A stretch of 64,000 bases of DNA, taken from contig NC_087437.1 in NCBI RefSeq assembly GCF_036321535.1, positions 31,622,001 through 31,686,000 on the forward strand, read 5' to 3'. This document shows positions 49,627-62,809 of this stretch, one piece after another. The notes under the pieces are model-generated. The model had not been told where the DNA came from. It did not search any database and saw nothing but the letters and a program-made list of their open reading frames with translations. This DNA is from Camelus dromedarius (lineage: Eukaryota). Each line of letters starts with the position of its first letter. Position 1 is the stretch's first letter. A program made the translations under genes and the position numbers.

Positions 49627-52297
49627 AGGAGAATTTGAATTTTGAGAAATAAATCCAAGATTACCAAAGGGTAAGAAAAAAGTATATACTTTTGCCTTTG
49701 GGGTTATATGATTCCATATTCAATAAATTATAAATACTACAAGACAGGCCCAATACTACTTAGTTTCTAAGAATGGAAGAATTGAAGGGTTTATGAATCT
49801 TTTTAATCTGGATAAGGGAAGGAAGGACTTAAAGGGCTAACAAGGGAGAAACATAACATTATCATTTCATGACATGTGACATAAGATTAAGTCTCAGTGA
49901 GGATCAATCTGATGAGCCAGGTTATCATCTGAGAGACCAATAAGAATAAATTGCACTTATCACCTTCCAGAACTCAACTGAGCATGGCTCAATTTCTTAT
50001 GATAAGTACATAGTTTATTAGAAGAGACTGGACGTGGGATTACACCCATCGATTGGGTAGAACAGGTGCTAAGGAAAACAGCCTCAGCCTTATGTACTGT
50101 ATAGGTGTTGTCTTTTACTACCTACTTTCCTTCCATACTCAGCCTTGACTTTCTAAAAGCATTGATGTGTTGGACAAGAAGTTAACAAGAGAAGTTCAAG
50201 ACGAAGTACTGGTAACTAATAAGTTGCCCCATCTGATAGTAGGACTTATGTTGGGGAATCCAAAAGTTGATTTAATCACTCAGAGGCAGAGAAAGTGAAT
50301 TGTAAGACTGTGATCCTGGCCTGGAAAGAGAATATTAAGGATCTAGTGTTAGATGAGATTACCAATAGAAGACAAGATTATAAGAAACCAAGATAGAAGT
50401 TTGTTTATTAACAGAGCATAAAAAAATTCAGCAACAAGAATGAATTGATGCAGAAAGTTGGATAAGGCTGTTGAACTCAAGCCTGGAGACAGAATTGGTG
50501 TCCTAAGATGCAGGAGAGAGGAGAAAGGAGAAAGGCATAAGGGCAGGAGGTCGAGTCTCTAAGTGGGGAAATCATGTGGCAGTTGTTGTGAGGTAGAATA
50601 TGCACGGATTGATGCTGTCAATCAATGAGAGCATCTATAAGTTGAGTTTTATAGGAGAAACAAGATTTAAAGGAGAGGACTCAATGGGAGGACAGACTGA
50701 CAGACAGACAAAATATTCCTGGGCCTGAGTCTCTATGGAAGTTTCTTAGGTGACTTCTGGTAGAGCGATCTTTCAAAAATGCCAATCTGATTCCTGCCTC
50801 AGATCCCCCAGGGGCGCCGTAGTACTGAGGGAAGGTGCACTTTCCATAACCTGGCTCATGTGATCTTCAGTTGGCCCTCAATCATAATTACTCCACAGGA
50901 AGCACTAAGAATTAACCAGAATATGCCATCTTCTCTCAAGCTTCTCTGCTTTGGCTAATGCCCTTCTGAAATTCCTTGCTGAAATTCCTCTGCCCCACAT
51001 TGACCCTAACTAATCCTTTACCATTCTAACTTCCTTGACTGAATCCTCCTCTGTGCTCTCATAAAATTCTGTGCATGCCTGCAGTTAGAGTATTTACCTT
51101 TAGTGCCAGTTGACCAATCAACCAGTCTTCCGAATTAGCTGAAGTTCTTTGATGAATGAATAAATGAATAGATGAGACTCTGAGTGGAGAGAATTATTGC
51201 TAAGATTTCGCCTGGTTTGATGGTCAGCTTGTTTGAAGCACCTCAGGCCTACTAATGCTAGCTTCCTGTTTGCAGTGAAGGAACTATCCAAAAACTTTCA
51301 AGAGGTCTTCCTTAGCTGGCTTCTGTTTCTCAATAGAGCCCTTTGTGGGGGTACTGGAGCCTTGTAAGGTCAGGTTATATAGGGGAATCTCTGTTACTGA
51401 GGGGCTCTGGAATTCTAACTATGCCTTTGCTGTCAGGGGAGGTTTCAGGTTCTATATTTTGGGGAGTGGAGAAGTCTAAAAGGAATAATGTAGTTTCTGT
51501 CTTCAAGACACTGGTGGAGGAATGGCACTGGAAAAACCTACCCTGGCTGTAATTTTTAATCCATGGATCTTGAAGTCCGTGGTGTGGGCTACTTGGGAAA
51601 TATGTGAAGATCAGATAGGTCAGACTTTGTGAATCTGACAATGTGACAAATTGTGAGTATGAGAATATACTGTTCATTAGCTCCTTTCACGTGTCTTTTG
51701 GATTGGCCTCACTGATCTTTAAACAAGAAAAATACTAACATTCAACTTCACCAAGATAATAAGAATACCGTCTTTAGGTGTGGTACTGTCAATCTCTCAT
51801 AGTCAAAGAAATTGTCTGGGTCTGGGGTAGAAAATTGGTTTTGGGGTAGTGAATGTGCCCCAGTTGCCCTCTCCAGGTTAGGGAAAGGATGGGGCACATT
51901 AGCCTGCCCAAGGAGTCTACCAAGTTGAAAGCAGTGGGCCAAGGTGAATTAAAAGGTGAAGTAAAGAGTCTGGAGGCAGAAACCAGTTTGATTTTCCAGA
52001 AAATGTGTAGGACAGAGCCTGAGACAACCACTGAAATGGTATGTAGGAGAGGGAAGTCTTTAATGGACCAGACTCCATTGTGGGCAGGGGACCCTCTGAA
52101 GAGGGCAGCTTATGGACCAGATGTGAGTCCTCTTCAGGACTCACTAGGAAAGGAGGAGTCCCTATTCTTGTTGGGAGTATCTGCTATCCACTTGACTTTC
52201 TGCTTTTTGTTTATACATTCTGATACCCTATTGAAATGAATACCACTTTAAATAAAGGTAATCACATAGAATGGTTATTAAATTAATACTGAAAATA

Positions 52298-52758
52298 GAG
52301 CATTATTCCTTAAAGTGTGTTCCAAGGTATTCCTGTGAAATGTTATCGAAAAAGTATACTATGGTCAAATTTTAAGTTTGGAATAGATAAACAAAATTTA
52401 TACTGTATAGCCAGGGAAATATATTCAAGATCTTGTAGTAGCTCACAGTGAAAAAGAATATGGAAATGAATATATGTATATTCATGTGTGACTGAAAAAT
52501 TGTGCTGTACACCAGAAATTGACACAACATTGTAAATTGACTATAACTCAATAAAAAAATAAAAACAAAAACAAACAAAAATTTAAGTTGCTCTATGTCA
52601 ATCTTTTCTTGGTGATTCACTTTACACATTAGCATAGTAAAAGCTCTGAGAAGTCATACAGTAAAGAAACCTGTTATTTCCAAACTTAGCTTATTGTGAA
52701 ACCATTTTTGGAATGTGTGATGGGGGCTTACTGTAGAACACACCTTGACAACACTAAA
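52298..52758. mobile_element. Old hAT-Charlie/MER-like element split by the L1 fragment at 52379-52577
   Basis: Decayed inverted ends (ccttaaagtgtgttcc and gaacacaccttgacaacact) and internal aagctctgagaagtcatacagtaaagaaacctgtt. Confidence 0.5.
52379..52577 (+). mobile_element. Short LINE-1 3' UTR fragment with A-rich tail
   Basis: Similar to about 57520-57690. AATAAA followed by an (AAAC)n tail. Imperfect TSD aaa(t/a)tttaagtt at 52367-52378 and 52578-52589. Confidence 0.88.
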
Positions 52759-54349
52759 GTAGAGGTTAATAAAACATTTGATATGGCAAAGAAATTGCTA
52801 AAAATCAGGTAAAAATCCCTTTATTGAAACTAAAAGGAAATAGAGAAGCTGGAGCTAGGATCCCTCAAAAGGTTTAAATCAGAAAATCTATGAAGCATGT
52901 TGCTTTGGGCCTTTTGCATAGTTGGTACTGGGTCATTTCTTTCTGCTGTTGTTATTGTTTTTTGTTAATAGGAAAAGAGCCGAAAAAGGCCTGTTCCTGC
53001 CAGCTTTGTGAGAGCCAAGTTGCTGTCTGTAGGATAGATATCAGCTAATCTTTCAACTAAGGAATCACTGCAGTTTCTGGAGGAGTCATGGTTTTTCCTT
53101 GCCTTCAAGTTTTAATATCTTGGTAACTGTTAATATAAATTTAGATTTTTCTCTATGGTTTTATCATTCTCACTCTCTCTCTCTCTTTCCATAGATAGAG
53201 ATATATTTTTTTATTTTTCAAAATAAAAATAGAATTCATTCTACAGAATTCCTGAAGTGAATGGCAGACAACCACTTTTCATAATTTTCAGAGAAAAAAT
53301 ATTTGAGGTTGGCAAAGGCTCATTCAGTTCGGCATTAAATGGCTTCTAAAGGCATCTAAAATCCAGCTATTAAATTTTAGAATTAGGCAGAATGGCAAAT
53401 CAAATGATTATGGAGCAAGACAGGTATACAGAATAAGTGAGTGAAACAGGCTGGGTGTTAGCTATAGTGAATGGAAAGGTGCATGCTCATTAAATGAGGC
53501 AGCAGCTCCAGAAGATTGTTTTTTGGGGGAATGTGGGCTCGTTTTTTCTGTATTACTTGATCTTCACAGAAGGGCAGAGTATCTGAATCTCTAAGTAAAA
53601 TCTCTCAAATTTTAAGTTGGTGCTCATAAAAAAAAAATTCATTCTGCAAGTCAAATAATACATGTTCAGGGACTGATTGAACTTCTAAAATAGGCAAATA
53701 TCATAATGTACACAGCAGAATCCAGAAAGTCTTCATCCCAGCCTAGTTCCAGGTTCTGTCTATCATTGAACGTTTTACAGAGATACGAGTATAACTATGT
53801 TCCTAGCCAACCCCATAACTGACATGTCTTTTGTGAACCTTATAAGCATCTGCTTAAAATTAATTTGAGACCACATTGCCGTTATTTGATGATCTTAAAA
53901 AGTCACATTACGTTTCCTCATGGCATTGCATTAGGAAACTTTCAGTTTAAGGTTATAGGATTTCAGTTAGAAAACATTTAGTAAAACACTGACAGCAAAA
54001 AAATTGGCCAAAAGTAAAATAGTTTTCTTAACTGCAAGAATACTTTGACTATTATATTTTTATGTGATTGAATAATTTTTAGTTGGAGATTCATTTTATA
54101 ACTTTATTGACAGGCATTAATTTCAATTTTGAATCAATACTACTTAAATTTTTTTTTCTTATTTTCTTATTCTCTTTGGTGAAATGAAGAGCATATGTAA
54201 TATGTTGAAAAGTTTTTGGGGGCATTTAAAATGTCACTTCAGTATTAATAAAATTCTTTGAGTGACCTTTGATGTGGAAGTAATCACAATAACTCACTTT
54301 TTTCCCCTTGATTATTAAATATTTTGAGAAGGAAATGAAAGTCTTTCTA

Positions 54350-54715
54350 ACAAATTTTATTGTGTTCCCTCCATTACACTTGGCCGACCTCCTCCGTCTT
54401 TTCTTCTCCTTGCCTGTTTGTAACAGCATTTATGGTGCAATCAGAGAGACTTTTCTAATCATAAAGTTCTTCACGCTTTCCAGGACACAAAAAGCAGCTG
54501 ATTACTTGCCTCTCTCTGCCCTTTCTCATCTGCCTTCTTCCTTTACCATTTTTATTACACTGGAATGTAACTGTCTTCCTTTTTTACTGTCTTCCAAATG
54601 TAACTATGAGTCACTCGAGGAAAGGGTACCATTCCTTTATTTCCAAATTAATGAATGTCTGATGTGGTATCACACACATAGTGGGCATGTAATGCACATT
54701 TTTAAGTGAATGCCT
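54350..54715 (+). mobile_element. L2 3' remnant
   Basis: actatgagtcactcgaggaaaggg...gtggtatcacacacatagtgggc...aagtgaatg. Confidence 0.5.
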
Positions 54716-55314
54716 TTCATCTTTCTTTTTTCTCCTTAGTGTAATTACAGTCTTATCAGAAAATATAAATAGTGACCTGAAGCTGTCGCATATTCTCTTT
54801 TCCTTTTATTGAAGCAAAGTTACTATTGTTTCAAACCTAAAAATGGGAAGAAAAGGAAACTTTAAACTTTAAAGATTCTTTGAACATCTTAAAGTTGTAT
54901 GTGTTTTTTCTAGCAGCTCACGTATAGCGCTCCTGAATCTCTTCAAAGAAAAATAGGTGTATATATATAGGCTGGTGTTTAAAAACAACTAATGTAATCT
55001 AATGATACTTTGTAGTGCATTAGCAAATGTGTTATAGTGTTTCATTTGTACTAATTTTTTTCGTTGATTCAAACATTAACTTATGAATAATTTGCTGATC
55101 TATTATGTATAAGAAAAACTAACTCTCTTATTTTTGCTATACACATTATGGAATGTTTGGAAAGTATTTGGAAAGTAATGAAAAAGATTGCCTTTGAAAT
55201 TACTTCCTATGATAACTGCTACTAACTTTTTGGAGTCAGTTTCTTCTTTTAAAATGTGTTCATTATATTATTCCCCAAAACTTTAAAAATCACACTTAAA
55301 AAAAAGTATATTTT

Positions 55315-57692
55315 GCAAATCAATCAGTGTAATACATCACATCAACAAGAGAAAGGACAAAAACCACATGATCATCTCAATCGATGCAGAAAAAGCATTT
55401 GATAAAATTCAACACCCATTTATGATAAAAACTCTCGCCAAAGTGGGTATAGAGGGAGCATATCTCAACATAATAAAAGCTATATATGACAAACCTACAG
55501 CCAGCATAGTACTCAACGGTGAAAAACTCAAAAGCTTCCCACTAAAATCTGGGACAAGACAAGGATGCCCACCATCACCACTCCTATTCAACATAGTCCT
55601 GGAAGTCCTAGCCACAGCAGTCAGGCAAGAGAAAGAAATAAAAGGGATCCAAATTGGAAAAGAAGAGGTAAAAGTGTCATTATATGCTGATGACATGCTA
55701 CTATATATAGAAAACCCTAAAAGGTCCACACAAAAGCTACTAGAGCTGATTGAAGAATTCAGCAAGGTAGCAGGTTACAAAATTAACGTTCAAAACTCAG
55801 TTGCATTTGTTTACACTAACGATAAGTCAACAGAAGAAGAAAGTAAAGAAACAATCCCCTTTAAAATAGCACCCAAAGTAATAAAATATCTGGGAATAAA
55901 TCTAACCAAGGAGGTGAAAGAATTATACACAGAAAACTATAAACCATTGATGAAGGAAATTAAAGAAGACTTTAAAAAATGGAAAGATATTCCATGCTCT
56001 TGGATTGGAAGAATCAATATTGTTAAAATGGTCACACTGCCCAAGGCAATCTACAGATTTAATGCAATCCCTATCCAATTACCCAGGACATATTTCACAG
56101 AATTAGAAAAAATAATAAAATTCATATGGAACCATCAAAGACCTAGAATTGCCAAAGCATTACTGAAGAGAAAGAAAGAGGCTGGAGGAATAACTCTCCC
56201 AGACTTCAGACAATACTATAGAGCTACAGTCATCAAGACAGCATGGTATTGGTACCAAAACAGACATATAGACCAATTTAACAGAATAGAGAGCCCAGAA
56301 ATGAACCCACAAACTTTTGGTCAACTCATCTTCGACAAAGGAGGCAAGAATATACATTGGAATAAAGACAGTCTCTTCAGCAAATGGTGTTGGGAAAACT
56401 GGACAGCAGCATGTAAAACAATGAAGCTAGAACACTCCCTTACACCATATACAAAAATCAACTCAAAATGGATCAAAGACTTAAACATAAGACAAGATAC
56501 AATAAACCTCCTAGAGGAAAACATAGGCAAAACATTATCTGACATACATTTCAAAAATTTTCTCCTAGAAGAAATAAAAGCAAGAATAAACAAATGGGAC
56601 CTAATGAAACTTACAAGCTTCTGCACAGCAAAGGAAACCAGAAATAAAACAAGAAGAAAACCTACGGAATGGGAGAAAATTTTTGCAAGTGAAACCGACA
56701 AAGGCTTGATCTTCAGAATATATAAGCAGCTCATACGACTCAATAAGAAAAAAATAAACAACCCAATCCAAAAATGGGCAGAAGACCTAAACAAGCAATT
56801 CTCCAAGGAAGACATACAAATGATCAAAAAGCACATGAAAAAATGCTCAGTATCACTAATTATCAGAGAAATGCAAATCAAAACTACAATGAGGTATCAC
56901 CTCACACCAGTCAGAATGGCCATCATTCAAAAATCCACAAATGACAAATGCTGGAGAGGCTGTGGAGAAAGGGGAACCCTCCTACACTGCTGGTGGGAAT
57001 GCAGTTTGGTGCAGCCACTATGGAAAACAGTGTGGAGATTCCTCAAAAGACTGGGAATAGACTTACCGTATGACCCAGGAATCCCACTCCTGGGCTTGTA
57101 TCCAGAAGGAACCCTACTTCAGGATGACACCTGCACCCCAGTGTTCATAGCAGCACTATTTACAATAGCCAAAACATGGAAACAGCCTAAATGTCCATCA
57201 ACAGGTGACTGGATAAAGAAGAGGTGGTATATTTATACAATGGAATACTACTCAGCCATAAAAACTGACAACATAATGCCATTTGCAGCAACATGGATGC
57301 TCCTGGAGAATGTCATTCTAGGTGAAGTAAGCCAGAAAGAGAAAGAAAAATACCATATGAGATCGCTCATATGTGGAATCTAAGGAACAAAAACAAAAAC
57401 AAACAAACAAAAACAAAGCATAAATAAAGGACAGAAATAGACTCACAGACAGAGAATACAGACTTGTGGTTACCAGGGGGGTGGAGGGTGGGAAGGGATA
57501 GCCTGGGATTTCAAAATTGTAGAATAGACTACACTATATAGCACAGGGAAATATACACAAAATGTTATGATAACTCACAGAGAAAAAAATGTGACAATGA
57601 GTGTGTATATGTCCATGAATAACTGAAAAATTGTGCTGAACACTGGAATTTGACACAACATTGTAAAATGATTATAAATCAATAAAATCTAT
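55315..57692 (+). mobile_element. Young 5'-truncated LINE-1 (3' half of ORF2 plus 3' UTR), lineage-specific family
   Basis: Continuous ORF2, then 3' UTR with a G-rich tract and AATAAA at 57681. Flanked by a 16-bp TSD aaaaaaagtatatttt (55299-55314 and 57693-57708). TT|AAAA endonuclease site at the left flank. Confidence 0.97.
55368..57383 (+). CDS. LINE-1 ORF2p C-terminal part (671 aa): most of the reverse transcriptase plus the CCHC domain; no endonuclease
   Basis: Motifs [30 protein letters not shown] (55683-55694), YLGI and [18 protein letters not shown]. No stops. Expression is not implied. Confidence 0.9.
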   Translation: MIISIDAEKAFDKIQHPFMIKTLAKVGIEGAYLNIIKAIYDKPTASIVLNGEKLKSFPLKSGTRQGCPPSPLLFNIVLEVLATAVRQEKEIKGIQIGKEEVKVSLYADDMLLYIENPKRSTQKLLELIEEFSKVAGYKINVQNSVAFVYTNDKSTEEESKETIPFKIAPKVIKYLGINLTKEVKELYTENYKPLMKEIKEDFKKWKDIPCSWIGRINIVKMVTLPKAIYRFNAIPIQLPRTYFTELEKIIKFIWNHQRPRIAKALLKRKKEAGGITLPDFRQYYRATVIKTAWYWYQNRHIDQFNRIESPEMNPQTFGQLIFDKGGKNIHWNKDSLFSKWCWENWTAACKTMKLEHSLTPYTKINSKWIKDLNIRQDTINLLEENIGKTLSDIHFKNFLLEEIKARINKWDLMKLTSFCTAKETRNKTRRKPTEWEKIFASETDKGLIFRIYKQLIRLNKKKINNPIQKWAEDLNKQFSKEDIQMIKKHMKKCSVSLIIREMQIKTTMRYHLTPVRMAIIQKSTNDKCWRGCGERGTLLHCWWECSLVQPLWKTVWRFLKRLGIDLPYDPGIPLLGLYPEGTLLQDDTCTPVFIAALFTIAKTWKQPKCPSTGDWIKKRWYIYTMEYYSAIKTDNIMPFAATWMLLENVILGEVSQKEKEKYHMRSLICGI

Positions 57693-58239
57693 AAAAAAAG
57701 TATATTTTAAGGAGAAAAAGGGATTGAGAAACTGAGATTTCACCATCATAATGTTATTTTTCTGTAAGAATTTTAATAAAAGTTTTTAATAATCTTTTAT
57801 AGCTGTTCAACTATTGCAAGGTAAACATAATAAATAAATGTAGTTTATTTAAGGAACACATACTTAAATATCACTGATGAGGACATCCTGAACAGCATGT
57901 AAGACTGTACTGAAACTGGGTTTCTAGGAATTGTTATACATTTCATAACCACTAACAGTAAAGAAAAAAGGCAGCCAACTGAGCAGCCAGCCCCTTACAC
58001 AGAGTCGCTGTGTGTGTATTTGGAGAACAACAGCCTTTATCCCTTTGCACAAGGTGCTAATACCTGTGGAGATCAGCTTTTCACTAATAATCAGTCTTCA
58101 GAATGCGAATCATGTTCCCTGTTAACCTATTGAGTCATATCCAGCTTATGTTATAAAATCTTCTATAGTCAAAGACATGTCTGAATTATTTTGATTGTAT
58201 ATATATATAGTTTAAAAAACATTTAACTATGCAATCTGA

Positions 58240-58800
58240 TATCCTGATTTTTAAAAATCCAACACTATAATGTAAGCATTTTCCATGTTGTTATACACAC
58301 CCACTGTAAAATTATTTTTAATAACTAATATTGCATTGAGTAAATTAATTAATCATTTCCTTAATAAACGTTTGTATTACTTCTCAAAATTTTGCTACTG
58401 CAAATTACTGTGGTGATTGGCTTTCTTCAAAGCCAAAGCAAACAAAGTTTCCTATATTAAGACTTGTTTCCTAAGGCTTGATCCCAGCAGTGGAATTCCT
58501 CGACCAAAGGATATGGATATTTTAACACGTAGTTTCAAAAATGCATTACGAAAACATTTTATAGAAATTTATACTTCCACAAATGATGTAAGAGAATGCT
58601 GTGTCATTGTAATTTGCCAGGATTGGATACACTCATTTTTGTTAAATCTTTGTTACATTAAAATTTATTAGATTGAAATATTATTGTTTTAATTTACATT
58701 TCTCTAAATTTTAGTGATGTACTTTTTTTAGTTTTTTACTCAGAATATTTTTCTCTGAATTGCCTATTTATTGTCATTTGCTTATTTAACTACATTTTTT
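58240..58800 (-). mobile_element. Very old L1 (L1ME-like) remnant
   Basis: gatcccagcagtggaattcctcgaccaaaggatatggatattttaa...aatttatacttccacaaatgatgtaagagaatgc. Confidence 0.6.
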
Positions 58801-58841
58801 ATTCTTAAGGATTGGTGGAAAGCATTCAGCCTTCAAACACC

Positions 58842-59375
58842 TGTTATTTAGGACTCGAACTAGTGTTAACAAAAAGTGTTTCATAGATCACAGATTTCAA
58901 GGAAAATTTGAAGAGTGGGAAGGCCTGTGAAGCTAGGCATCAGGAATAACCTGACCAGAGGACATGACCACCCCTAAGATTTTCATTTTTGCCTTTCATT
59001 CTGCTTTTCTTTGCATGTTGGCTTAATTCTCCTAAACTGCTGATTAGCTTTCTTCACTTAAAGGAAAAGCTGTTGCCTACAATGCCTAAGTTTTACTTCT
59101 TACGTCTACTGCCACCTGAGAGGGAGTGCCTGTTGTTTTCTCAGGTCCCAAGAAAATAATCCTAGAAAAGACCTCCAACCCAGTTTGAGGAAGGTGGTTC
59201 ATCCACTTAGCCTCTGGGGTTGGGTCATAGAACATGGAAACTTCTGTGGCAGTCATATGAATGATTGGATCTGCAAGAGTGGGGTAGAAAGAACCAATTC
59301 TTTGCATAAAGGGTTGATGATTCATAAAAGAAAGGGAATTATATTAGGTGGACAAAACAGTAGATAACTACTACA
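58842..59375. mobile_element. Old MaLR LTR (MLT1J/K-like)
   Basis: tgttatttaggactc...gttggcttaattctc...ggacaaaacagtagataactactaca; TG...CA ends. Confidence 0.6.
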
Positions 59376-61023
59376 TGAAAAAGAGAAAATATCCAAGGAT
59401 TTTGTATTCTTTTTCGTCCTTTAATCAACAGAAATATATTTATCAATGCCTACTATGCTGCCAGAACTGGGAGAGGACCATTAGGGAAGTAAGAAACGTA
59501 AGTTCTTGCATTAAACAATAAATAATGTAATTTTTATTAAGAGTACCTTAAAATGACATAGCAATTTTAAAAGTGTGATTTTATTAAGAGCACTTTAAAA
59601 CAATGGAGATTTCAGTTTTTCTCTAAATTGTCTTCTTTCCCTTTGCCTTCAAAAAAATACAGTAAAATTATTTGCCTCCATTTTATGAAGTATATACATC
59701 AACCCTAAAATACAGAATTGTGTGTTTGGTTTTTTATTAAGTTAGGGTTAAGATTTTTAACTTCTGCTTCTGCTCTAGTAAAGCTTAAGATTATCATATT
59801 TAGTCAAAGGAAGCTCTATTACTTTAATAGACTCTCTACATATTAAAGAGAGCAGGAGGGAAATTAGTGAATAATCAAAGACTGAGTAATGCTCAAATGA
59901 GGTTAATTACATGAGGTTAATTTAACACACAATGTTGTACCATTCTCTCATCTTGTTGGAAGAAGGTGGGGAGAGACAGAGACAGAGGGGAAAAGAGAGA
60001 GGAGGGAATGAATATGAATGTGTGGTATCACAGTCAAGCAATGGCTTATTATTATTAGATCATGTAAATACTCCTTATCCTTAATCCAACAAGGCAGGCA
60101 CCTTTTAGAAGGAGTCAAACAATTGAGTACATTGATGGCATACAGCGTAATGATGCTTCAGGATAAAATTAAAACTACCTTAGTGAAAGGATATATTTTA
60201 GTAACTAAGTTAGAACTTCTATAGGATGATATAAATATCATGCTAATTTTTTAAAAAAGCAATAGAATACCACTCAAGAGGAAATTGTTTGTATTCACAA
60301 ATAATTTTGTTTTAAATATTGCTACTGTTCTATACACTTGTATGTTAGTGATATTTCTAGTCCTGTGCGTTCTCCTGTTCATATTTTTGAAGTTGCCGTA
60401 AGTCCTGATAATAGGCAAAGAAGTTTGGTTTCTGCCTCTAGGGTTTCACAAAGTGCTAATGACTTTTCTCTGCAAAATAAGATTTTTTTTCTAGTTTTAT
60501 TGGACCCTAAGTGATTTATCTCCCTACATATGTGGGCTTCCCACCCCCATTCCCTATTTTCTAGAAAGGTATTTTAGTTTTCTAGATGTATTTAGGTAGT
60601 GGTTAATTCCAAAGAACAGTACAGAAGCCACTTCTTACAATTGGCAGTCATATATCAATGTCTAAAATCAATTTCCCAAGAGCACTTCAAGTACTATCTT
60701 GTTTGGATTGATTTCTTTGTTGCAGCCCTAGTTTTCCCCTTGATTGTTAGATGTCTTTGCCTGTCAGATCTTGGTAGGATACAATCCTGAAAATCTCCCA
60801 CTTTATTTTTTCACACCCTGAACCTCCACCTGTTTTCTAAGATTGCTGCAAAAGCAGTTTGAGGGAAAGACTAAGAATAAATGAATCCTTAGAACCAGGA
60901 ATTTGATTTAAAAAAAGAAGAGTTTAGGTTATAGGTGGTAAAATACCAATGATGTGATCAGTTTTCTTGCTACATTTTCTAACTGTTTGACTACAGAGTG
61001 CAGGGAAGTTAATTAAAAGGGAA

Positions 61024-61803
61024 TTATTTCTATTGCTTGGGTAGACTGCCCTAGGAGAGCATTTTTGAGATGTATGTCAGATAATGTTTTGCTTATATTT
61101 TCTTTTAGGAGGTTTATTGTGTCTTGTCTTATGTTTAAGTCTTCGATCCATTTTGAGTTGATTTTTGTGTATGGTGTAAGGGAGTGTTCTAGCTTCATTG
61201 CTTTACATGCTCCTGTCCAGTTTTCCCAACACCATTTGCTGAAGAGACTGTCTTTATTCCAATGTATATTCTTGCCTCCTTTGTCGAAGATGAGTTGACC
61301 AAAAGTTTGTGGGTTCATTTCTGGACTCTCTATTCTGTTCCATTGGTCCATATGTGTGTTTTTTGTACCAATACCATGTTGTCTTGATGACTGCAGCTCT
61401 GTAGTATTGTCTGAAGTCTGGGAGAGTTATTCCTCCAGCCTCTTTCTTTTTCTTCAGTAATGCTTTGGAAATTCTAGGTCTTTTGTGGTTCCATATAAAT
61501 TTTATTATGATTTGTTCTAGTTCTATGAAATATATCCTGGGTAATTTGATAGAGATTGCATTAAATCTGTAGCTTGCCTTGGGCAGTATGACCATTTTAA
61601 CAATATTGATTCTTCCAATCCAGGAGCATGGGATATCTTTCCATTTTTTTTTGAAGTCTTCTTTAATTTCTTTCATCAATGGTTTATAGTTTTCCATGTA
61701 TAAGTCTTTCACCTCCTTGGTTAGGTTTATTCCTACGTATTTTATTACTTTGGGTGCTATTTTAAAGGGTATTGTTTCTTTACTTTCTTTTTCTGTTGAT
61801 TTA
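61024..61803 (-). mobile_element. Young LINE-1 internal ORF2 fragment with no 3' UTR or poly(A)
   Basis: ORFs 61254-61712 and 61013-61351 are ORF2 peptides close to those of the 55 kb element ([47 protein letters not shown]). Confidence 0.95.
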
Positions 61804-62809
61804 AAGTATTTTCCTTTAGAATCTTTTTATTATGAATAATATTAATAGATGATCTAAATGAAAATAACTAAGAAGAGACAATAATACCTTTCCCATTTTT
61901 TTTTACAACTCTGTATTCTTACCACAATCCACTTTAATCAAGTTGGCTAAGAGAAAAACTAGAAAATAGATAAGGGTAATAAATGTGTTGTCATCATGAT
62001 TGCGTTTGGCAAGAGGGTTATAGCACAAGTCGTCTAACTCCCCGTACCGGACTCTGTCCGCTAGAACATGCTGTTAGTTCCACTGTTTTCAGGAACACCC
62101 TCTGACTAGACAACAGCATGTCCTCACATCAATCAGCATAGAGCTCAAAATCTGTGCAGAATTATGACTCTTAGAGAAAACTGTGTGCTTGCACAGTACA
62201 TACTGTATTATAATATTTTGTGAATTATCTGTTTCATAAAGTTGATATAATACATACAGTAAAAGTGAACATTAGTGCCTTTCAGGCATGTCATTTTTAA
62301 CCGTATCAGTTTGATTTGAAAGAAGTGAAGCAGAGTTAGCAAAGCCAAAACAGAATGGACTAATGTGACCTAATTTCTCAGGGAGTATTGTCAGAGGGTT
62401 TGAGATGCTATTTATATGTAACATTCATTTGGGGATTATAGCAAAATGAGTGATATTGGAAAGTGTTTTAATGTGTATTTTTTAATTATAAAAAGGAAAC
62501 TGTTTTGTAAAAAATAGGCTTAGAATTCTTTTCTAGGTAAATTTTAATTGTTGGAGTGGGCTTTTTTATTTATTTTATTTTTTATAACATCTTTAAAGTT
62601 TATGTTCCACTTACAGTTATTATAAGATATTGGCTATATTCCTTGTGTTTCATTAAGGAATGTTTAATACAAATTTCATTTAATCCAACAATATACTGTA
62701 TAAGCTTAAATTTCCTTCTAATATTTCTGGATTTTTTTCCCCATATTTATCAACCTTAGATGTACTTAAACACACATAATGAGATTGAGTAGGTATTTTT
62801 AAAATTCTA

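Noticed and set aside
50800..50822. ccccaggggcgcc as a CTCF site
   Set aside because: One G short of the core spacing; poor match.
51780..52265. 128-aa ORF at 51853-52239 as a gene or LEKR1 exon
   Set aside because: No recognisable homology or E/K/L coiled-coil composition. The region may be an ancient LTR, but I cannot support a family call.
55409..56881. Antisense ORFs of 118 and 186 aa
   Set aside because: Typical shadow ORFs on the reverse strand of L1 ORF2.
55368..57383. 671-aa reverse transcriptase ORF as a novel RT system (retron, DGR or domesticated gene)
   Set aside because: It is ordinary LINE-1 ORF2, followed by an L1 3' UTR and bounded by TSDs; no accessory genes.
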